Source of the DNA: Amoebidium appalachense
Taxonomy: Eukaryota; Protista; Ichthyosporea
Direction of reading: 5' to 3'
DNA length: 64,000 bases
Assembly: GCA_963693365.1 (NCBI GenBank)
Contig: CAVNZM010000006.1
Location: 10,357,355 to 10,421,354, forward strand
Under the pieces are notes generated by a model. That model worked only from the letters and a program-made list of their open reading frames with translations. It was not told where the DNA came from and made no database searches. The translations under genes and the position numbers were made by a program. Within the stretch, counting starts at the first letter, position 1, and each line of letters starts with the position of its first letter. Below, one piece after another: positions 47,263-64,000 of the stretch.

Positions 47263-47797
47263 TTCCCTACTTACTAACCTACACACAATTTTCTTGCAGC
47301 TCATCATGGCAGTCCAACTGGATGAAAGTTGCTTCGATACTAGCCTCTCCAAATTCACCAACCTCCGCCATATCGATATTGGTGTCGAATGCGTGCACAT
47401 GGAAAACCCACTCCAGTGCCCCAACCTCACGTACGCCCGGTTTGTGAACGAGGCGTTCGGGGGCAATTCGGGATCGGCCAGCCTTGAGTGTCTGAAGGAT
47501 TGCAAAAGCCTGAGGACCCTTGTGTTTGACGGATACGAGGTGGATTTCTCGGGCATTGAAGACTTCACCAATCTCGAGGTTCTCCGGGTGACGGCCCTAG
47601 ACACAGGCGGGGAACCGCTCATCAGCAAGGAAGTGTACGCCAAATTATCGTCTCCCAACTGCTGCCCTAAGTTGCGACGTGTGCGCGAAGGGGGTTGGTG
47701 GATGGAATTTAAGCCCAAAACCACTCTAGTGCGTAGTGGGGACCGGAAAGTTTTGCTTAAATCTGACGAAGAGAACGAGGAAGAGGATTCCGATTAG
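36261..47797 (+). CDS. F-box protein with LRR-like C-terminal region, 3 exons; intron 2 carries two LTR elements
   Basis: Exons 36261-37043, 37477-~37665 and 47300-47797 splice in phase 0. N-terminal F-box LFDKLPDNVLGLVLGALPFYSRKDATRVCRRFRRVA; LRR-like units NLTDLTL, NLKKLRL, NLRHIDI, SLRTLVF, NLEVLRV, KLRRV. Confidence 0.8.
37832..38450 (+). repeat. 5' LTR (619 bp)
   Basis: By eye identical to 45471-46080 except for an extra 9 bp (TGTAGCGGC, about 37976-37984). Contains CCAAT boxes, TATATAAA at about 38303 and ATTAAA at about 38350. Confidence 0.97.
38452..38465 (+). promoter_or_regulatory. Primer binding site, probably tRNA-Arg
   Basis: TGGCGACCGCG starts 1 nt after the LTR. It is complementary to a tRNA 3' end CGCGGUC-G-CCA, typical of eukaryotic tRNA-Arg(UCG)-type acceptor stems (from recall, not searched). 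Confidence 0.65.
38503..40503 (+). CDS. gag: Gag (666 aa): low-complexity N-terminus, capsid domain, two Cys/His knuckles
   Basis: LPEYKG..EWL..ARVWY..FDAF..LKQGKQKVAEF (retrotransposon capsid/MHR); CNRGCKYGSHAEGKTC and CHSCKQKGHFGGSPIC; ends in TAG at 40501-40503. Confidence 0.92.
   Translation: MAGEFDDYPVLSDNESKLTRDTKKPTAVKPPPPTQKKAKTPGQGTKTLPTPPPTQPRAPQKPNTITKPNTHTNTKATTKPTGNEQTKPNESTKPKDKTKRNEHTKTNEHTNTNEHTNTNKHTNELQVATKEKTKQDRDTATALAEVRGRVLSKFYRIETLRRAIQTAIDAGRPVMDLEADVAQIYSEISQMEDTTLSRMLCTSAKWSELEREAQLVAEARVKNTTVPTTPRPPPPTTGKKPLSPVPSGCTDPKVIAPPAPPTKFTYKDVLARTLSYTDSDAENEEKHEQSYEDTPTNENEHMTAKVHEEDHFDQPKAPVFNEIPLAGSPLASAGGLAGTPSRPRGSDVSTGSGGKAGSILNKHFAEHEKLWLHPLRQLHASEYGPILAALKLPEYKGDLQDKCTVIEWLHEFSQQMFCIAGVPPTLAVRWAVQCFPLASPARVWYTNFTRTQGELTFDAFAHALVTKFHDQRVQEALSAELNALKQGKQKVAEFASRHARLWARVYPLKSEAHQILDLSHRLGGEDEQEFRKYQLRQTRKEEELTLSGVVAYLAEKERDRHTRTPSTILTQKPPTKQQPGGGSGASEKPSIFSRMGTTPCNRGCKYGSHAEGKTCPALKFECHSCKQKGHFGGSPICPKYDPNFKKGTRKAEIEANRAKFKRARVE
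40504..45405 (+). CDS. pol: Pol polyprotein (protease, RT, RNase H, integrase, chromodomain), in frame with gag
   Basis: Open from the codon after the gag TAG. VDSGASHS (PR, ~40891); RVCIDFR, PFG and YLDD (~42670, RT); DAS..LGAV..E..TDH (RH); H-H-C-C zinc finger, D..SDNG..ERFNRT and GPY (IN); FEVAKII..YKVRWKGY..DTWEP (chromodomain, ~45190-45345); C-terminal RKKRRRR. Confidence 0.96.
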   Translation, partial: EGGQGTGLSPVEHNVFDLIAELELCSPLADKLQNKSTGAEISVVSEPSHESACAPPPHEQLPPCTDPPMHTHTPPPRKKKNVHFADRVHSSIAEPRHENATVCTLTHENKCTATLARMYVHGKLVTVVVDSGASHSCISTAFYESLPVVARKRIQHVPNFSVLDAQSNEMTCQGSISLTLAIPNESALVVHRWHVIDNLPYDALLGVDFMGPQQGRIDYGAAELSFMYAKGNRRCSIPVWWLRGSAEETAVSRVLITTTGIHLPVDASNIATCKIKLAAGAPPPRTLDCCMGTVVPCGPLNSRAYTTACSVTSLARISNNEPPLSTSEESVIEDEYECKVLLTNTSDHHVYLGPGTEVAMFIPLQSDDTVTLLARPHSGNGTRRATTPHPGHPLGTSAKTNFSSQESTEEPTEHEPHTFQAATNINGSIKVCERSKIMNMSTKENTTQRSSTKMNGFGNPARTKPEVGPPTIEAADGAPSTTALEDTNNLRKRTHECTSDGEAATDDDLPFGVKPPEEYDMPGTPPDQRKPLAKRIRKLLKKWKHVFSAHDNDFGLSTLDELSIEVTTTIPQYRRPYNIPHHLRDSLHKQIQNWVEFGVIEPASSPYSAPMVLVAKKDGSLRVCIDFRMLNLITKKDGYPLPRIDMALGMLRGARVFSALDLNGGYHQVKVADNDKEKLAFTTPWGQYQFARAPFGVSNMPAVFSRMMNRVFAGMLWTHVLIYLDDILVMSPTIEEHFGHLDSCFSRLCDAGLKLKGRKCSLFMEEVGYLGHRVCPDGIKVDPEKVAAIKNKSYPQNLSELRSDLGLFSYYRIFVDDFSHTAEPLTRMLGTSKEDSELLKRIHAKMPPSTKPAKRNGSAKQRKDEAKNLHADSAAILATKKKAQKNAAWVWGTEQEKAYDTLKNALINAPVLAHPDFTKPFIVDSDASQYALGAVISQVGDDGKERPIAYASRTLSKSERNYAANKREALGVYWAVCKAFRAYTYGAPFLLRTDHSSLTRILSTGDAPEPVVAGWQMALSAYTYEIQHRAGKHHSNADGLSRPSKENAQPGPEDTELTYPSLIGTVSGSSTVFAVTRSAAATAQAQAATHPPPAEPTKPNTTPPEFIPPKADGRMPTYEQYVSAQKADKHIAKVRAYLEKAPGYELFGNEIAMEASRCTIDNDLVYVWVLEQRGPRKPSKEPRIWVPSTLVRLVLAACHDAPTAGHLDAARTFHRVTQIAWWPRVWQDSVQWVTTCKACQYRKTPRMQKKLRIHDGFIPTYPFQYVSMDITEMPTKSDLRVSLLVFLDLFTRWPEVILFHKTPTAEDVAKAFEDSIYCRHGRPEFLVSDNGANLAAMLVTDVCRVLATKRIFASPYSPQTNGAVERFNRTLKNILATLVQDKHHEWIDYLPQVLFSYRTAYHSSLGDTPFFMLYGRDPVEPPRPPIAASCGMETEEYRRELLQRVQYARQTVTRIMSEAARRSKITANKNAREPTELEGLVLKAVTDSTTDHSLPTALRTKWEGPYRVLRRVTDAPMSYEIQRVGSTDTVRAHARHLKPYFPRDDVDMTPADSGPQDSPTPTFEVAKIIAHKYDSATAQALYKVRWKGYTAKNDTWEPHSGLQDTAAGALTDYLGTLVAGPASQPARKKRRRR
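45457..45470 (+). promoter_or_regulatory. Polypurine tract
   Basis: GAGAAGGGGGGGAG directly abuts the TG of the 3' LTR. Confidence 0.9.
45471..46080 (+). repeat. 3' LTR (610 bp)
   Basis: Direct repeat of 37832-38450, followed by the TSD ACCTC. Confidence 0.97.
46286..46765 (-). mobile_element. Solo LTR of a related, diverged family, inverted orientation (480 bp)
   Basis: Termini TGTAAACA...TGTTTACA, flanked by ACACA on both sides. It carries reverse-complement blocks of the neighbouring LTR: AATAAAGACAGAGAACGGGTAG, GGCACACGCGGCCAGGTT, GTGATCCCCGTACTGGGACGGCTT, TATATAGCCCCCAGGTT, TAAACATGTAC. Confidence 0.88.
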
Positions 47798-48431
47798 GCA
47801 TTGGCAAGGGGAGACAGGAGGAATCCGAGGGGAATGTTTAGTAAGATGAAGGATATGGAACTTGATGATCATGACACAGAAGTTTGCCCAGTGGTAATAT
47901 GATTTGTTTTCCAAGTGGGCCGAGGATGCGAGATATTATTAGGTTCTTCCCCTCCTCCCTGTTTCCCTTTTTTTCTTTCTTCTTTTGCATGTGTATGGTG
48001 CGTGTGCATGTGTGCACGTGTGTGTGTGTGTGCGCGCGGGTGTGTGTGTGTATGTGTGTGGGGGTGGGTGACAGTTGGTGGGTGGGTGGGTGGACGGGTG
48101 AGGCGAAGTTGTGTGTGCGTGCTTGCGCATGAGCCAGGGCAGCTTCAAGTGTGGACAACAACCCGCATCATAACACATGCACGGTATATTGCTCTCCGGG
48201 CTGGGTCTTGTCCCAATATATCAGTAAATCAACCATGAAGAAGGACATTGTACAGTTGTCTTCAGAAATCCTTATGCCAGTATAACTGTGCAAGAAAAAT
48301 GGTCCGACTAAAATCTTTTGTGTTGGCGTGGAGCAATACATAATGATGCACGTGTACCATATGCAGTGTGCCGGCTGATCGTCCCCTGCAGCTCGAGGAG
48401 CTCCAACATATTACGAGCCAGGAAAATATCT

Positions 48432-48468
<37 letters not shown>

Positions 48469-49403
48469 CGCCCCACACACACACACACCACCACCACCAC
48501 ACACACACACACACTCACGTATACACTTCCTCCAAGGTCTCCATACACAAGTGCCACTTGACGCGAGCGCGCGCGCGCGCACACACACGCACGCACGTGC
48601 ACACAGAAACAAATCTCAAGTGTCTGATTGTGGCACACGCAATCACGCGCATACACTGGGCCACATGGATTAATGGAGGCCCAGTCTGTCACACCGTGGC
48701 ACACACACACGTACACACACACCCACACACCTACACACATTGATGGTGGTGGTTTGTCACAGTGTGCTTGTGTGTGTACGTGTGTGTGTGCGCATGCGCG
48801 AGAAGGAGGGGGGGGGGAGGGGGGGCACTGTAGGGATTTTGGAGTGTGAGGACGGTGCAGCCTATTGGAGGTGCACGTGCAAACCTGGTGGTGGCTGAAA
48901 GGGGGGCAAACAGAAAATGCCGCAAAAACCAAGCTAAAAGTCCCAACCTTCGTGGGGAAATCACCACGTGTTCATATTACCCATATAAAGAATGTCATAT
49001 ACCTATTTTTTCTGCGATGTGCACGGCGGCGGCAAACTCGAATAGCAACCGTGCAAGCACTTTTCAGACTGTGTCCACTGTCCCCCCCCCCCCCCTCCCC
49101 AACAACAACAACCCCAAATGATCACCGCAGTGCCGTGCCTAGGTCGTTATCCTGGTACTGGGTAGCTCCCGGCCCTGCCAAGCCAGGCTAACGTGGCCCG
49201 AAGGGGACAATACATAGCCATTGCACATTCTTACACAGTGCACTAACTATTAACTTGAGTATAGCCCGATGTACACGGGGAGATACAAATTCGCAGATGC
49301 CCACTTACATAAACAAACAGCAGCCCTCTTATGCTGTTGCCGTCAAGGCCCCTCTTTGTTCCCTTTCTTCTCAGTATGTATGGCGGATACATGCATTTTA
49401 TTT

Positions 49404-49439
<36 letters not shown>

Positions 49440-50310
49440 TATTATTATTATTATTATTATTTTTGCTCCCCCTGAACCGAGCCTAATAGTGTGTTGCCCT
49501 TTAGCAGGCGCAGGAGTGTTACTCTAATTTTTAGGACCTTTCTTCCTGTCATTCCCTTTCCACTTTCAAAAGCAGGTTGTGTTTTGGCAAGCAGAACCAC
49601 ATACATAGGTTCAAGTGTATTGTGCATCTTGAATAGTCATGTGTTTGCGTTCACCGTACGCGGACACAGTACTGTACCAGGCATGCTTGCAAGCCCCTGA
49701 CCTTCTAGTCTCTGATCATAACTCACTTCCCCCGCTCGGTCTCGTTGTGTCCTGAGTAGCCTGTCTGGCCGTGTCTTTGAGTGGTGGTGTGGTGGTGGCG
49801 GTGCCTGTGGTTGGGGGGGGGGGGGAAGGGGGAAGGGGGGAGGGGGGGGGGGGGGAGAGGAGGGTGGTGGTGGTGGTGGTGGCGGTGTTGGAGGAGGGGG
49901 AGGGGGGAGGGGGGGAGGGGGGGGGGGGGGGGAGGAGGGTGGTGGTGGTGGTGGTGGCGGTGTTGGAGAAGGGGGAGGGTGGGGAGGAGAGGGAAGGAGG
50001 TAGGGAGGGAGGGAGGAAGGGAGGGGGGGGAGGGAGGGGAGGGAGGGAGGGAGGGAGGGAGGGAGGGAGGGAGGGAGGGAGGGAGGGAGGGAGGGAGGGA
50101 GGGAGGGAGGGAGGGGGGGAGGGAGGGAGGGAGGGAGAGAGAGAAAGAGAGGGGGGGGGAGAGAGAAGGGGAGGGGGTGGTTGGGGGGAGGGGGGGGGAA
50201 GTGGAAAAGGATTGGGGGGGAAGCGACGGGGGGGAGGGGAGTGATGGTGGCGGGGGCGGTGGTGGTTGGGGGCCGGGGAAGGGGGAGGGAGGGGGGGGGG
50301 TGGTGGTGGT

Positions 50311-50354
<44 letters not shown>

Positions 50355-51571
50355 TGAGGGGAAGAGGGGGGGAGGACGGGGATGGGATCGGAAACATTCT
50401 ACGAGCGACACCATAGGGCCTGAGGGTATTTTGATACCTTGCTTATGTCGTGCCTCCTGTTATTAGTGTGTTTCATTACAACCCTGAAAGCACCATTCCC
50501 CACCCCATCCTATTCACTCGAGTCAACCAGAAAGAAAGCAGAAAAGCAAGGTTGGGACGAAGTTCTAACGCCAATCGGAGACCTCGAAACAGCACGATGT
50601 ACAAAACGTACTCCTATTGGTCATATACGTTCAATTGAGAAGACCAGGCTTTTTGAAGCGCATGATACAAGTCTTTCAAAATCTTTTATTAAATGACTTA
50701 TAAATTTTAGCTGGTATTAAAACGACTTTTTAAATGAATCCCCTAGTCGACAGAAAATCACACTTTTGCCGCCCTTATTGAAATTGCTAAACTTCCTAGC
50801 CGGGGTCTTGTTCCGTAATTTTCATATTCAATAATCATGCCGCTCTCTATGTATGTGTGCAACTCTATATTTTTTGCCTAAGAAAAAAGGGGACACATTT
50901 AACTATAAGTCACGTGGTTTCTGAAGCTGCTCTCAACAAAAAGTAAATAGAACACACGGTAGTTCTGATTTTGAAGAAAGGATAATATTCTCCTACGGTA
51001 AAATTACTTGACAAAAGATGGGTAGGGATTTTGGAAGATTCGGTGGGAGCCAATCACAGTCGACGTGAAAAGGCGCGCTTGTTTCCTTCGAAATTCGAAC
51101 TTTTCAGTTTTCAACTTGACACCGTTTTCGTTGGTTTGTGGCGCTGTGTTGAGGGTTTCAGATATTAGTCTCAGCGGGTGGTCAACTCTCCTGTGGTCAG
51201 AAAAGTGCTCTGGTTTGATAATTTGCAAAGGTCACTCAAGTATTGGATAGGTATAGAAGGGTGGAGTAAGGCTGATTATTGCAGGATAGCGTAGCCTCGT
51301 AGTCACTGGTTCCGGCAAGAAGGCAATCCAAGCACAGCCATCCAAACTCTCTTCCTTCCACGCACAGTTTCAACGCGTCTTGCTAGTGCTTGTTAGGACT
51401 CTTACTGTGTGGAATAATGGCGAGCAACCTCATCTCTGAGTTATTTTGAAAACATGGGGCACGCAACGGCCACATAACTGTAGAACTGTAGACCTTGAGA
51501 TCCAACACACACACAAGTAGGCGTCGGGAGATTAGCCGAAGTCAGCCTAGAGGCCATCTTGCGTCGAAAGA

Positions 51572-63573
<12,002 letters not shown>

Positions 63574-64000
63574 GTGTGTGTGTGTGTGTGTGTGTGTGTG
63601 TGGCAGTTCACTTATCATCATGTCCTGAGAACCCGATTGCGATGTTTTTTTTTTTTTTTTTTTTTTTTTTGTTGTTTTTTTTTCTGGCGGCGGGGGGGGG
63701 GGGGGGGGGTTGACAAGTGATGGAGAAGGCAAAGGGTACGTGTGCATGTGCCCATGTGTATTTTGGTGAAGCTTAGGACTCACCCTGCGTATACAGGGCG
63801 AGCACTGCATCACCCCGCCACAACGGCATCGTGCAGGCAAGGACGTCTCTGCGCAGCCAACACCCACTTTTGGGCCCCATGCCTCGGCCTACAACCGCCT
63901 GTGAGTGCTGCATGCTGTCTTGGTCTACACATGCACACCCATGATGAGGCTTTTGGGGGGCAAACTGTGAAAGACACGACAGTTGCATACTAGAGGAACA

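Noticed and set aside
49755-49778. Histidine phosphatase RHG motif (RHGQT, minus strand)
   Set aside because: No preceding hydrophobic strand or downstream L(T/S)xxG motif could be linked to it.
50911-50916. CACGTG (Pho4-type box) about 660 bp upstream of the Pho81-like ATG
   Set aside because: CACGTG is very frequent throughout this CA/GT-rich window, so a single site is uninformative.

Overview
Eukaryotic, intron-rich, microsatellite-saturated DNA. The mix of animal-like and fungal-like genes suggests a unicellular opisthokont, but this is inference only. Nearly all short ORFs in the track are artefacts of (CA)n, (GA)n and poly-G/C tracts. Real content recovered by splicing exons by hand: (1) a minus-strand CstF-77/Rna14 (CSTF3) gene of about 20 exons (2155 to at least 15835); (2) an intronless, disabled SET+post-SET gene (19240-19822, minus); (3) a 7-exon Cu(I) P1B-ATPase (ATP7/Ccc2-like, five HMA domains, 25719-32866, minus); (4) a 3-exon F-box/LRR-like gene (36261-47797). 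Its intron 2 holds a complete, very young chromodomain Ty3/Gypsy element (37832-46080, TSD ACCTC) and an inverted solo LTR of a related family (46286-46765). (5) An SPX-ankyrin Pho81/NUC-2-like gene from 51572 runs off the window, with a MITE and a minisatellite in its introns. The most notable signal is that gag and pol of the retroelement lie in one frame separated by a single UAG followed by hairpin-forming sequence, which points to gammaretrovirus-style stop-codon readthrough. The element also has a tRNA-Arg-type primer site.
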